The position numbers and the translations under genes are program-made. Under the pieces are notes generated by a model that was given only the letters and a program-made list of their open reading frames with translations, was not told where the DNA came from and ran no database searches. Below are positions 1 to 9,508 of a stretch of 64,000 nucleotides of DNA, in pieces. How positions within the stretch are numbered: position 1 is the first letter of the stretch; each line of letters opens with the position of its first letter. The DNA is from Candidatus Aenigmatarchaeota archaeon (GTDB lineage Archaea > Aenigmatarchaeota > Aenigmatarchaeia > Aenigmatarchaeales > Aenigmatarchaeaceae): assembly GCA_046760145.1 (NCBI GenBank), contig JBHIDO010000001.1, forward strand, positions 947 through 64,946. The letters run 5' to 3'.

Positions 1-1
1 T

Positions 2-391
2 ATTGGAAATCCCCTTAAAGGTGACGATAATATAGGAAATCTCATAATTGATAAACTGATTCTCAAAGATATGATTAAAATCAAGGCAAGAAATACTCCT
101 GAAAATTTCATAGAAAAGCTAAAGGGTTGTGATGAAATAATAATTCTGGATGCTCTAGAGTTTGGAGGTAAGGTTGGTGAGGTAAATATTTTCAAATTAA
201 ATGAAATTAAAGATATTTTTTCAACAACACATAATATACCAATTAATATATTACAAAAATTCTTACCAAATTCAGAAATCAAAATAATAGGAATTCAACC
301 AAAAAACATTAATTTTAGAGAAGGATTGAGTAAAGAATTGAAAGAAGAATTTGAAAATATAGTTAAAAAAGTTTCTAAACTCCTGTTGTAA
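2..391 (+). CDS. Hydrogenase maturation endopeptidase (HycI/HoxM family), 5'-partial at window edge
   Basis: Reading frame is open from nt 2 in frame with the ATG at 71. Translation starts IGNPLKGDDNIGNLI, the GxGNxxxGDDGxG signature of [NiFe] hydrogenase maturation proteases. Followed by IIILDALEFGGKVGE and a C-terminal His (STTHNIP). Lies next to a group-4 hydrogenase operon. Confidence 0.7.
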   Translation: MGNPLKGDDNIGNLIIDKLILKDMIKIKARNTPENFIEKLKGCDEIIILDALEFGGKVGEVNIFKLNEIKDIFSTTHNIPINILQKFLPNSEIKIIGIQPKNINFREGLSKELKEEFENIVKKVSKLLL

Positions 392-1283
392 ACTCACTTT
401 TAATTCTAACCACAACATAAGCTCCTGCTAGTATTAATGCAGATCCAAATAACTGTAAAAATGGTGTTGGTTCACCAAAAACAATAACACCAATGATTAG
501 AGAAATAACAGGAGCTAGAAGCAACAATGTGGATGCTTTTGACACATTTATTAATTTTATACTCCAATACCAAAAGAATATATATCCAAATAAAATAGCA
601 ACAGATATACATAAGTTAATCATCTGTTGCATGGTTAAGGCGAGCAACAAACCTAGCTTATACTGAAGTATGAGAACAGCAAATAATATAATTGCCCCAA
701 AAAACATTCTTGCAAATGAGACAACAAGGTTTGATTCTCCTTTGATCATAGCTTTTCTCGCTATTGTATTTTCTATTGCCCATAAAATGGTTGCTCCTAT
801 TACTAACATATCACCTAAAGAAGGATTAAGCCAAAATTCAGATGGACTTATTTTAGCTGAAAAAAGAAGAATTGTTCCTATGAACATGACAGCAAGAGCA
901 TAAACCTGTTTTAGACTGACTTTTTCTTTTAAAAATATGAAAGCAAAAACAGCTATGTAAATGGGTAAAGTTTTATGAAGAAATGCTGCCCTACCTCCTG
1001 TTGTAAGTTTTAAACCTGTAAAGAACATTAAAAATGCAAAGGAACCACCAATTATACCAATTGCTAGAAGATACTTCCAAGGGACTTTTTTAAATTTTTG
1101 GTAATCAAATTTACTTTGAAAAGAAGCGAGTATAAAGAATATAACACCTATGATGAGTGCTCTTATGGCTGTGAAAACAGTAGGATCTAAATCAACAACA
1201 AATATTTTGTTAATTGGAATTGCAATACCACTTACAAAGGCAGTCATTATCGCTAGAAGTGTTCCCAGTGTTTCTTTTTTCAT
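375..1283 (-). CDS. DMT/EamA-family 10-TM permease
   Basis: 302 aa, about 10 hydrophobic helices, duplicated about 140-aa halves typical of EamA/DMT transporters. No catalytic motifs. Confidence 0.5.
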   Translation of the reverse strand: MKKETLGTLLAIMTAFVSGIAIPINKIFVVDLDPTVFTAIRALIIGVIFFILASFQSKFDYQKFKKVPWKYLLAIGIIGGSFAFLMFFTGLKLTTGGRAAFLHKTLPIYIAVFAFIFLKEKVSLKQVYALAVMFIGTILLFSAKISPSEFWLNPSLGDMLVIGATILWAIENTIARKAMIKGESNLVVSFARMFFGAIILFAVLILQYKLGLLLALTMQQMINLCISVAILFGYIFFWYWSIKLINVSKASTLLLLAPVISLIIGVIVFGEPTPFLQLFGSALILAGAYVVVRIKSEFTTGV

Positions 1284-1622
1284 TTAATCACTTATAATAA
1301 TATTATTTGCCTTTTTCTTATTTTTATCTGCATATTCAAATTCGTTTGTAAGATCTATTGATTTTGGTTTTGTTGGACAAACATCTTGACATAAACCACA
1401 ATAAACACATAAGCCCATATCAAAGTCAATATTTCCTTTTTTATGAAAATTAACAGCTCCTACTGGACAGTATTTTTCGCAAAGTTTGCAACCTATACAC
1501 CTTTCTGGATAAAATTTTATTCTGCCCCGAAATCTAGAAAAAACCTTTAACTTTTCTTTAGGATATCTTCTAGTAAAAGGTTTTTTAAATAAACTTATTA
1601 TAGCTTCTAATGTAACTCTCAT
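1284..1622 (-). CDS. 2x[4Fe-4S] ferredoxin subunit of membrane-bound hydrogenase (MbhN/EchF/NuoI-like)
   Basis: Two CxxCxxCxxxCP motifs (CIGCKLCEKYCP and CVYCGLCQDVCP). 112 aa. Last gene of the hydrogenase operon, in NuoI position. Confidence 0.75.
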   Translation of the reverse strand: MRVTLEAIISLFKKPFTRRYPKEKLKVFSRFRGRIKFYPERCIGCKLCEKYCPVGAVNFHKKGNIDFDMGLCVYCGLCQDVCPTKPKSIDLTNEFEYADKNKKKANNIIISD

Positions 1623-2461
1623 ATTAATCCCATTATTACAAACTCTAACAATACGAAAAACATTATAACAAAATATACTTTAAATGCTTGGTCTAGTCTG
1701 TATCTTGGTGTTATAACCTGAATTAATGTATAAACAAAAAGGAAAATTAAACTGAAAAGGAAAATTATCAAAATATCTCTTCCAAAAAGAAGTAATGGCA
1801 TTAAAAATACAAAGAACAATCTCTTCATATATTTAGCCATTTCCATAAAAGCTAGTCTATTTCCACTATATTCTGTTGGAGCACCACTTATTATTTCTGG
1901 TGGAGCTTCTGATGTATCAAATGGTGTTATATGAAGTTCCACAAAAAATATAGCTGCTAAAGCAATAGAAGAAATTGGAAGTACTAAAAACATTAATGTT
2001 GATTGAAAATTTGCTAATGATAAAACTCCTGCAGTCATTATGAAATTAAAAATTATTATTGCAATTGTTATTTCATAAACAATCATTAATGTCATTTCTC
2101 TCATAGAACCAATTATTCCAAACGGATTATCAGAAGATAGGCCCGATAAAACATAAAAAGCACTTGCTAAAATTGTAAGATAAATTAAAAATACAAAATC
2201 ATATTCAAACTGAATTAAAGAAAACGGAATAAAAAGAAATAATGAGTATATTGTAACAAAGTAAAGAAATGGGGCTATTTTAAAAAATGGATCATTCTGA
2301 CTTTTATATGATTTTTTGGAAAATAATTTTTTAATATCATAAAATGGCTGCAATATCGGAGGTCCTATTCTGTTTTGAAGTCGTGCATTTAATTTTCTTT
2401 GTAAACCCTCATAAAGTAGTGCAATAAATGGTATAAGTATAAAGAATATTATTTCGTACAT
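1619..2461 (-). CDS. Hydrogenase membrane subunit, NuoH/HycD/MbhM/EchB-like
   Basis: 280 aa polytopic membrane protein between large subunit and ferredoxin, the position of MbhM/EchB. 4-nt style overlaps with neighbours. Confidence 0.6.
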   Translation of the reverse strand: MYEIIFFILIPFIALLYEGLQRKLNARLQNRIGPPILQPFYDIKKLFSKKSYKSQNDPFFKIAPFLYFVTIYSLFLFIPFSLIQFEYDFVFLIYLTILASAFYVLSGLSSDNPFGIIGSMREMTLMIVYEITIAIIIFNFIMTAGVLSLANFQSTLMFLVLPISSIALAAIFFVELHITPFDTSEAPPEIISGAPTEYSGNRLAFMEMAKYMKRLFFVFLMPLLLFGRDILIIFLFSLIFLFVYTLIQVITPRYRLDQAFKVYFVIMFFVLLEFVIMGLI

Positions 2462-3606
2462 ACATATTTCCTCCTAAATTGTTTTTCAGTTAAATATTCT
2501 TCTTTACCGTCCTTTACTATCATTATTCTTTCTAAACAACTAAAACATGGATCTAAAGAACCAACAACAACTGGTATGTCTCCTATTTCACAACCCTTTA
2601 GAATATGCTCTAAAATTTTAAGATAGGCAAATGTTGGAGTTCTTATTTTTGCTCTTTGAATTTTATTATTTTTGAATTTTAAAAAGTAAAACAATTCTCC
2701 TCTTGGTGCTTCTACTCTGCCTATACCTTCTCCTTCTTTTATAAGAGAAAAATCAAATTTTGGTATTTTTTTATCTGGCAACTTTTCTAAAACTTGATCT
2801 ATTATTTTTATTGATTCTAATATTTCTTTTAATCTAACAAGTGTTCTTGAAAAGGAATCTCCTTTGCTTTCAATTATTTCTTTAAAATATAATTCTTTAT
2901 AGACTTTATAAGGTGGGTCTATTTTTCTTATATCTACTCTTACACCACTTCCTCTAGCATTTGGTCCAACAAGACAAAATTTCTTTGTAATTCTCTTTGA
3001 TATTGCTCCAATATTTTTTAATCTAGCTTTTATAATATGATCAGAATATATTTCTGAAAGATATTTTTTAACTTTATTTTCAACTTGTTTTATTCTTTTT
3101 ATTATAAATTCCTTATCCCTCTTTTTCAAATCATATCTAACTGTTTTTATTTTGTTAAAATTATGATGAACTCTGCCTCCTGTTATTTTTTCAAAAATAT
3201 CAATAATTTTTTCTCTTTCTCTCCAAAAATACATGAAAAGTGTATCATAACCTATTTCATGACTCAATAAACCTAACCAAAGTAAATGACTGTGTATTCT
3301 TTCTAACTCCATCATTAATACTCTAAGTAATTTAACTTTGTAATCAGCATTAAATTTTAAAATACTTTCAACTGTTCTAGTATACGCATTTTCATGTGCT
3401 GCAGAACAAATACCACAAATTCTTTGAGAAATATACAAAGCTGAATCTGGATTTTTTCCTTCTAATATTTTTTCTAAACCTTTATGAGTATAACCTAAAC
3501 GTAAATCAATTTCTTGTATATAATTTCCATCCAGAGTAACTCTTAAGCATGTTGGTTCTTTTAATGCAGGATGTTGTGGACCTATTGGTATTGTAAAGTC
3601 ATGCAT
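2449..3606 (-). CDS. Group-4 (energy-converting) [NiFe] hydrogenase large subunit (MbhL/EchE/NuoD-like)
   Basis: N-terminal RICGICSAAH (RxCGxC Ni-Fe ligand motif) and C-terminal DPCFSCLER (DPCxxCxxR/H motif). 385 aa. Confidence 0.85.
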   Translation of the reverse strand: MHDFTIPIGPQHPALKEPTCLRVTLDGNYIQEIDLRLGYTHKGLEKILEGKNPDSALYISQRICGICSAAHENAYTRTVESILKFNADYKVKLLRVLMMELERIHSHLLWLGLLSHEIGYDTLFMYFWREREKIIDIFEKITGGRVHHNFNKIKTVRYDLKKRDKEFIIKRIKQVENKVKKYLSEIYSDHIIKARLKNIGAISKRITKKFCLVGPNARGSGVRVDIRKIDPPYKVYKELYFKEIIESKGDSFSRTLVRLKEILESIKIIDQVLEKLPDKKIPKFDFSLIKEGEGIGRVEAPRGELFYFLKFKNNKIQRAKIRTPTFAYLKILEHILKGCEIGDIPVVVGSLDPCFSCLERIMIVKDGKEEYLTEKQFRRKYVCTK

Positions 3607-3610
3607 TTTA

Positions 3611-3919
3611 TCACTTTTTTAAAGGTGGTTTTTCTTTCCAATCATCAGCTAAAAATAATTTTAAATGTAATTTAGGATTCCCTTTAAATTCAACACCAAA
3701 GAAATCATGAATCTCTCTTTCAAAGTAATCTGCATTAGGGAATATATCAACAATACTTTCAATAATTGGTTTTATTTTTGGGAGATTAAAAGTTAATTTA
3801 CTTATTTTTCCATTTTTATCAAAAAAATAATTTAATTTGAAATCATTTTCTTGTAAACAAACAATTGAAATTAATCTATGACCTTTTAATTTTTTTACTC
3901 TTTGTTTTATCTTTTTCAT
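3611..3919 (-). CDS. NuoC/MbhK/EchD-like hydrogenase subunit
   Basis: ADYFEREIHDFFGVEFKGNP resembles the NuoC 30-kDa subunit core motif (ERExxDxxGxxFxGHP). 102 aa. Sits between NuoB-like and NuoD-like genes. Confidence 0.6.
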   Translation of the reverse strand: MKKIKQRVKKLKGHRLISIVCLQENDFKLNYFFDKNGKISKLTFNLPKIKPIIESIVDIFPNADYFEREIHDFFGVEFKGNPKLHLKLFLADDWKEKPPLKK

Positions 3920-4379
3920 TTAATCTACCTAACATTTTTAATATCCCATCAATTATAGCTTCTGGTCTTGGTGGACAGCCTGGAACATACATGTCTACTG
4001 GTATTATTTTATCTACAGGACCAACAAAATTGTATGAATCTTTAAATGGTCCACCTGTTATTGCACAAGAACCAATTGCTATAACTTTTTTATTATCTAC
4101 CATTTGTTTATAAATAGTTTTTAATCTTTCTTTATTCTGACGATTAACAATTCCACTTGTTAACAAAATATCAGCATGTCTTGCACTTGATTTTAAAAGT
4201 ATTCCAAATCTTTCAATATCATATCTTGGAGTTAACAGAGCATATATCTCTAAAATACAACCATTACATCCTCCGACATCAAAATTACAAACCCATGGAG
4301 ATTTTTTTAATTCTTTCACAAACCAACACCAGCTATTAAAATCATTGTTGTTAAAATTGCTAAAGTTATCAATAACCAT
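3876..4379 (-). CDS. [NiFe] hydrogenase small subunit, NuoB-like (MbhJ/EchC)
   Basis: CNGCILEI ... GSCAITGGPF ... VPGCPPRPE: the four Cys of the proximal 4Fe-4S cluster of NuoB/small-subunit family. 167 aa. Confidence 0.8.
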   Translation of the reverse strand: MVIDNFSNFNNNDFNSWCWFVKELKKSPWVCNFDVGGCNGCILEIYALLTPRYDIERFGILLKSSARHADILLTSGIVNRQNKERLKTIYKQMVDNKKVIAIGSCAITGGPFKDSYNFVGPVDKIIPVDMYVPGCPPRPEAIIDGILKMLGRLNEKDKTKSKKIKRS

Positions 4380-4483
4380 TTTTTATTGAAAAAATGTCCA
4401 TATCTTTTAGGTAATATTATCTTTTCAGGATCTTTTTCCCCACCCATGTAAATATCCATTATATGCTTTTCTTCTTTTTTCAT
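4316..4483 (-). CDS. Small single-TM protein in hydrogenase operon (start assumed at internal MKKEEK; ATGA overlap with upstream gene)
   Basis: ORF with C-terminal hydrophobic helix (WLLITLAILTTMILIAGVGL). Position in operon only. Confidence 0.3.
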   Translation of the reverse strand: MKKEEKHIMDIYMGGEKDPEKIILPKRYGHFFNKKWLLITLAILTTMILIAGVGL

Positions 4484-5358
4484 TAAATCACATTGAATAA
4501 TATAAACCATTGTATTTGTGGAAATATTCCTAAAATTAAACAAAAAAATGCTAATATACCATTAATTAGCGTAACTGGTCTTGGTATAAACTTTTCTTTA
4601 CCTTCTCCAACTAATAAAACATAAACAATTTTATAATACATCACAAACAAAATCAAAGTTGCAAAAATTCCAAATATAGCTATTGCTGGAGCAAGAAAGA
4701 AGCTTGTTGTAAGGAAAATCCATTTAGGAACAAACATATTAAAAACCGGTAAACCGGCTAGAGATAAGCATGCTATAGTTACAAAAATATCATTCCATTT
4801 ATTAGTGAAGTAAGACCCTTTTAATTGATATATGTATGTTTTATTTCTTGCAAATATTCCTATTGCTAGGAATAATACTAAACCTGGAAAAATATAATTA
4901 AAAATTTGAATTGTACCAAGTATTTGTAATTCTCCAAATAATTTAGCAAGAGATAGATCTGCAATTATAAATAATATCTGTATTACTGTTGATAGTAAAA
5001 GAAATTCTTTTAATTTACTCTGAAATATAGCAAATATTGCTAATACAGAAACAAATACTAAAGAAACCAAAGTTATAAAAAAATAAAAATTGAGTTCGAA
5101 GAGAAATAAATTAAAAAAGAACCAAGAAAGTAAAATTGTTGTAAATATGTTAAAGGATATGAATTTTCCAAAACTTATCTTTTTGTAGAAGAATAAAAAG
5201 AATAAAATTAAAATTGCAATATACCAGTAAAAAATTGTTAAAATTGAAAATAAAACCAATAAAGCTAATAAAATTAAATTTTTCTTATCATAAAAGAATG
5301 AATATATTGAAATAGAAATAGTTGCTATCAAAATAAGTGTTATAAATAAAAGCATCAT
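4483..5358 (-). CDS. Polytopic membrane subunit of hydrogenase operon (short NuoL/MbhH-like?)
   Basis: 291 aa, very hydrophobic, first gene of operon. Too short for a full antiporter-type subunit; assignment by position. Confidence 0.4.
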   Translation of the reverse strand: MMLLFITLILIATISISIYSFFYDKKNLILLALLVLFSILTIFYWYIAILILFFLFFYKKISFGKFISFNIFTTILLSWFFFNLFLFELNFYFFITLVSLVFVSVLAIFAIFQSKLKEFLLLSTVIQILFIIADLSLAKLFGELQILGTIQIFNYIFPGLVLFLAIGIFARNKTYIYQLKGSYFTNKWNDIFVTIACLSLAGLPVFNMFVPKWIFLTTSFFLAPAIAIFGIFATLILFVMYYKIVYVLLVGEGKEKFIPRPVTLINGILAFFCLILGIFPQIQWFILFNVI

Positions 5359-5399
5359 AATTATTTTAAACTCTCTTTCCTTTTATTTCTATCCTAAAT

Positions 5400-5437
5400 T
5401 TACAATATATTTAAATGTAAATAACAAATCATTTCTC
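5400..5437 (+). promoter_or_regulatory. Candidate archaeal TATA/BRE promoter for histone gene (divergent from hydrogenase operon)
   Basis: A/T-rich box atatatttaaatg about 25-30 nt upstream of ATG 5438. Short leader, suggesting a near-leaderless transcript. Confidence 0.3.
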
Positions 5438-5641
5438 ATGGACCTACAAAAAGCTCCTGTTGAAAGAATTCTCAAGAAAACAAGAATGAGGGTTAGTAAA
5501 GATGCAGTAGAAGAATTTGCTATTTTATTAGAAGAAATAACAGCTGACATAGCAGCAGAAGCCTGCGCAATTGCGAAAAGAAATAATAGGAAAACTGTTC
5601 TTAAAGAAGATATTTTAGAAGCTAAGAAAAAGCTAGAATGA
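5438..5641 (+). CDS. Archaeal histone (HMf-like histone fold)
   Basis: 67 aa. Pattern PVERILKK...VSKDAVEEFAILLEEITADIAAEACAIAKRNNRKTVLKEDIL matches the archaeal histone fold. Confidence 0.85.
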   Translation: MDLQKAPVERILKKTRMRVSKDAVEEFAILLEEITADIAAEACAIAKRNNRKTVLKEDILEAKKKLE

Positions 5642-5680
5642 TTTCTTATGTATTTAAATACTTTTCAGTAGTAATATGTT

Positions 5681-6166
5681 ATGGTATTTATGAAGATAAT
5701 TGAATATGCGAATCAACTTAAAATTGGTAAAATAAAGCAGAGAACATGGGCTGGAATTATTGATATCAATGAAAAATTTCCAAATGAGTCTAAAACTACT
5801 TTTGGTATAGTTAAACGTTTCGAATACAAAATTGGGTTCACTCCACATTATCCTACTGTTGTTGATGATAATCACATCGAATTTAGTTATCCTAGCCTTG
5901 CAACATATTACTTCAACAACGATGCTCTGGACAAGACAATGGGTGGATTTAGTAATGATTCAGAAATCTTCGATAAATATAACCACTTTGTCCTTAATGT
6001 ACGTAAAGTAGCATCTAAAGAAACATCTAATCTAAAGGAATTTTTAACATTAGCCAGAAGACTCTATGAAAAACCAAAAAGCAAAATCATACCAACAACT
6101 ACGAAAGCTAAATGGGAGAAAGCTATAATTAGTTCTTCGATGGAAACTAATTCTCAAAAACAATAA
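5681..6166 (+). CDS. Hypothetical protein
   Basis: 161-aa ORF, no recognisable motif. Confidence 0.35.
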   Translation: MVFMKIIEYANQLKIGKIKQRTWAGIIDINEKFPNESKTTFGIVKRFEYKIGFTPHYPTVVDDNHIEFSYPSLATYYFNNDALDKTMGGFSNDSEIFDKYNHFVLNVRKVASKETSNLKEFLTLARRLYEKPKSKIIPTTTKAKWEKAIISSSMETNSQKQ

Positions 6167-6222
6167 AACTATAACTTCTAGTAGTAAATATAATTTAAAT
6201 CTTTTAGTATCTAATAAAGATT

Positions 6223-7212
6223 ATGAACATAGATGAAATTATTCAAAAAATAATCGAGCACACCGGACTAAATAAAGAGGAGATTGATAAAAAGATTATC
6301 GAAAAACAAAAAGAACTATCAAACTTGGTTTCTAGAGAAGGTGCAACTTATATTATTGCAAAGGAGCTTGGTTTAGAATTATTTCCTAAGGTTAAAAGGA
6401 GATTAGAAATAAAGAACATTATCCCTAAAATAAGAAATTTGAACTTATCTGCAAGAGTTATAAGGGTTTTTGGACCTAAAGGATTTACAACAAAAGAAGG
6501 TAGAAGTGGTAAAGTTGCTAGCATAATTCTAGGAGATTCTACAGGAACAATCAGATTATCTTTATGGGATGAACAAACACATCTCGCAGAAAAAATAACA
6601 CCTGGTATGGCTATTCAGATTTTTAATGGATATACAAGAGATGATAACCTAGGAGGAGTTGAAATAAGATTAAGTAAAAGTGGTGGGATAAAAATTCTAG
6701 AATCTTCTGATCTACCATCTATAGAGAAAATATCAAAACCAACAACTCAAAGAAAGAATATAATCAATTTGAAAGAAGGTGATGAAGCTGAAGTAAGGGC
6801 TGCCTTGGTTCAATTGTTTGAAACAAGAGTTTTTTATGAAATATGTCCTCATTGTGGGAAAAGACTGATAACAACAAATAATACCTTTAAATGTAATCAA
6901 CATGGAAATGTTGACCCTTCTTATGCAATTGTTTTATCTGGAGTAATTGATGATGGTACAGAAAATATTAGGGCTGTTTTCTTTAGAACAGCGGCCTTAC
7001 AATTAATAGGAATGAATATGGAAGATGCATTAAGCAAAAAAGATAGCCTCTTAGAGGATATTGATGTTTTAGGTAAAGAATTTATTTTAACTGGAACAGT
7101 AAGAAGAAATAAAATGTTTAATAGATTAGAATTCGTGGCAAACAGTGTTAGAGAAATTGATGTTACTAACGAGGCAAACAAAATCTTAAATAGTTTAGCT
7201 TCTAATGTTTAA
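6223..7212 (+). CDS. Replication protein A / ssDNA-binding protein (OB fold + Zn ribbon)
   Basis: N-terminal MNIDEIIQKI...KEEIDKKIIEKQKELSNLVSREGATYIIAKELG typical of archaeal RPA. OB-fold segment (ARVIRVFGPKGFTTKEGRSGKVASIILGDSTGTIRLSLWDE). C4 zinc ribbon CPHCGKR...CNQHG. Confidence 0.7.
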   Translation: MNIDEIIQKIIEHTGLNKEEIDKKIIEKQKELSNLVSREGATYIIAKELGLELFPKVKRRLEIKNIIPKIRNLNLSARVIRVFGPKGFTTKEGRSGKVASIILGDSTGTIRLSLWDEQTHLAEKITPGMAIQIFNGYTRDDNLGGVEIRLSKSGGIKILESSDLPSIEKISKPTTQRKNIINLKEGDEAEVRAALVQLFETRVFYEICPHCGKRLITTNNTFKCNQHGNVDPSYAIVLSGVIDDGTENIRAVFFRTAALQLIGMNMEDALSKKDSLLEDIDVLGKEFILTGTVRRNKMFNRLEFVANSVREIDVTNEANKILNSLASNV

Positions 7213-7323
7213 ATACTATTTATTTTTGTGATTTTATGAAGAATAGAAAATCAAATTATCTGAATATAATAAAGGAAAATGTGAATAATATCAACTTAAT
7301 GGTTAATTTATAAGGAGATTTTA

Positions 7324-8274
7324 ATGACCGAAATAGCTGATTTACCAGGTGTTGGAGAAAAAACAGGTGAAAAGCTGAAAAAAGCTGGCTATGTTGACAT
7401 GATGGCAATTGCAGCTGCATCACCAATGGAATTAGCAGAAGCTGCAGAAATAGGGGAAGTAACTGCTGCTAAAATAATTAATGCTGCAAGAGAAGTTTTA
7501 AATATTGGTTTTGAGAGCGCATCTCAAGTTATGGAGAGGAGATTAAAAATAGGAAGAATTACAACATGTAGTGAAAATTTGAATGAGTTATTGGGGGGTG
7601 GAGTAGAAACTGCAGCTGTTACAGAATTTCATGGAGCATTTGGTTCTAGTAAAACACAGGTAGCACATCAATTAGCTGTCAACGTCCAATTACCAAAAGA
7701 AAGGGGTGGTTTAGAAGGTGGTTGTTTATTCATAGATGCAGAAGCAACATTCAGACCAGAAAGAATAAAGCAAATGGCTGAGGCTCTTGAATTAGATGTG
7801 GAAAAGGTTTTGAATAATATCACGGTTGGTAGAGTTTATAATTCTGATCATCAAATTATATTGGTCGAAAAGGCAGGAGATATAATTAGAGAAAAAAACG
7901 TTAAATTATTAGTGATTGATTCAGTGACATCATTATTTAGAGCAGATTATTTGGGAAGAGGAACATTAGCTACTAGACAACAAAAACTAAATAGACACTT
8001 ACATACATTACAAAGACTAGGAGATGTTTATAACATTGCGGTTTATATAACAAATCAGGTTATGGCAAGACCAGATATTTTATTCGGAGATCCAACTGCT
8101 CCAATTGGTGGTCATATCATAGGACACTTCTCAACTTATAGGATTTATGTTAGAAAGTCTAAAGGCGATACAAGAATTGCAAGAATGATTGATTCTCCAA
8201 ATCTTCCAGAAGGAGAATGTGTATTTTCTATCAAACCTGAAGGAATTAGAGACCCCAATGGGAAAAAGAGATAA
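7324..8274 (+). CDS. radA: DNA repair and recombination protein RadA
   Basis: N-terminal HhH ([17 protein letters not shown]), Walker [10 protein letters not shown], RecA-fold core, 316 aa. Confidence 0.9.
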   Translation: MTEIADLPGVGEKTGEKLKKAGYVDMMAIAAASPMELAEAAEIGEVTAAKIINAAREVLNIGFESASQVMERRLKIGRITTCSENLNELLGGGVETAAVTEFHGAFGSSKTQVAHQLAVNVQLPKERGGLEGGCLFIDAEATFRPERIKQMAEALELDVEKVLNNITVGRVYNSDHQIILVEKAGDIIREKNVKLLVIDSVTSLFRADYLGRGTLATRQQKLNRHLHTLQRLGDVYNIAVYITNQVMARPDILFGDPTAPIGGHIIGHFSTYRIYVRKSKGDTRIARMIDSPNLPEGECVFSIKPEGIRDPNGKKR

Positions 8275-8308
8275 ATATAGAATTAATACTAGATTGTTTA
8301 TGGGAATG

Positions 8309-8566
8309 CTAAACTATATCTTTCTCAGCAATTATTATAAAGTCTCCAACAGACTTTACAGAAGAGAATGGTATTAATAATCTTCCTCTGTCATCTTCTG
8401 ATAATTGCATTTCCAAAGCCTGTTTTGTTGGTTCTGCAATAACTAAATTCATCAATTCTCCTGACTCTGTTATAAACTTAACATCTCCAACAACTCCAAA
8501 CTTTCTTCCTGTTTCTTCAGAAACTATAATCTTACCGACCATATCTTTACCACGCACATTAGCCAC
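8309..8566 (-). CDS. PRC-barrel domain protein
   Basis: 85 aa. GKDMVGKIIVSEETGRKFGVVGDVKFITESGEL pattern typical of archaeal PRC-barrel proteins. Confidence 0.45.
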   Translation of the reverse strand: MANVRGKDMVGKIIVSEETGRKFGVVGDVKFITESGELMNLVIAEPTKQALEMQLSEDDRGRLLIPFSSVKSVGDFIIIAEKDIV

Positions 8567-8601
8567 AAAATCACCTTTTAATTATTTCACAAAATAAATA
8601 T

Positions 8602-8814
8602 TTAAGCTTTTAATAACGGCTCTTTTTTCTCACAATTTAAACATAAATCAGAAAACCCTACTTCTGTACAAACATCTTTTATTTCTACATTATATCCATC
8701 TATTTTTCTTATCCTTTGCATTGTGACATATTTATCTCTTTTTCTTTCCTTGCTTACTTTATAACATAAAGCATGATAAGGCATTCCTATTTTTTCAATG
8801 GTTGTAATACTCAT
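8602..8814 (-). CDS. Small Cys-containing hypothetical protein
   Basis: 70-aa ORF with C-terminal CxxC (CLNCEK). 4-nt overlap with upstream kinase gene. Confidence 0.3.
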   Translation of the reverse strand: MSITTIEKIGMPYHALCYKVSKERKRDKYVTMQRIRKIDGYNVEIKDVCTEVGFSDLCLNCEKKEPLLKA

Positions 8815-9359
8815 AACAATCCCTTTATTAATTTTATTAATTTCTTTTCTGTTTGCCTTTTAGTTAATTTAGAATTATTTATTACATAATTAGCCATTTT
8901 TATAATTTTTCCTAAACCATGTGACAATTCTAACTTATCTCTATTTTTTAGATATTTTTTAGATTCTTTTTTTCCAAATCTTTTTCTTTTGATTATTCTT
9001 TTAACTCTCACATTAAAATTGGTTTTTGTTGCAATAATTATTGGTTTTATTTTAGAATATTTTTCTAATAATTTTATTTCTTCTGGTGCCCTACATCCTT
9101 CAATAACTATTATTTTTTTCCTAGATTTTTTGATCTTATCCCATGTTCTTTTTATTATTAATCTTTCTCTTCCTCTTGTATGAAACCAATGAGCAATTTT
9201 AGCATCATTTTCAGGAGTATATTTTAATCCTCTTTTCTTGATCTCATCTCTTATTACATCACCGGTTCTAAATACTTTTCCATTAAAATTCTTTGCAATA
9301 ACATCTGCTGCAAAAGATTTTCCAGAACCAGGCATTCCTACTACAACAAAGATTTTCAT
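8811..9359 (-). CDS. P-loop nucleotide/nucleoside kinase-like protein (adenylate/dephospho-CoA-kinase-like, UPF0200-type). Start at internal MKIFVVVG.
   Basis: Walker A GMPGSGKSF immediately after the Met; about 180 aa, size and layout of small archaeal NMP-kinase-like proteins. Confidence 0.55.
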   Translation of the reverse strand: MKIFVVVGMPGSGKSFAADVIAKNFNGKVFRTGDVIRDEIKKRGLKYTPENDAKIAHWFHTRGRERLIIKRTWDKIKKSRKKIIVIEGCRAPEEIKLLEKYSKIKPIIIATKTNFNVRVKRIIKRKRFGKKESKKYLKNRDKLELSHGLGKIIKMANYVINNSKLTKRQTEKKLIKLIKGLL

Positions 9360-9508
9360 AAAGAATAATTGTAATTCTAGTTTAAATTGATTTTTAGAAA
9401 TCATTAATTCTAAATAATCTTAACATTTTTCAAAGCGGAGACACAATCATCATTCCTGTACAACGGCCTGTGCGCATAGACAATGGGACAATCCCAGTCC
9501 CAATAAAT

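Noticed and set aside
670-903. Antisense/overlapping ORFs in the track (e.g. 670-903, 3085-3270, 6921-7181, 15330-15719, 24542-24745, 26949-27302, 27564-27968, 34724-35413, 37397-38081, 47276-47467, 54504-54746, 61846-62124)
   Set aside because: All lie entirely inside longer, motif-supported CDSs on the other strand or frame. Low-complexity translations typical of AT-rich antisense frames.
4483-5358. 291-aa membrane ORF as a full NuoL/MbhH antiporter subunit
   Set aside because: Too short (NuoL-type subunits are more than 450 aa) and no conserved charged TM residues recognisable by eye. Kept only as 'membrane subunit by position'.
8602-8814. 70-aa Cys ORF as a ribosomal or RNAP Zn-ribbon subunit
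   Set aside because: Cys spacing (C17, C49, C58, C61) does not match L37e/L40e/RpoP/Spt4 patterns I can recall. Left as hypothetical.
9425-9505. GC-rich island as tRNA or C/D-box sRNA
   Set aside because: No acceptable cloverleaf (no T-loop GTTCRANYC, no anticodon arm). The TGATGA found on the minus strand is not paired with a 3' CTGA D box.
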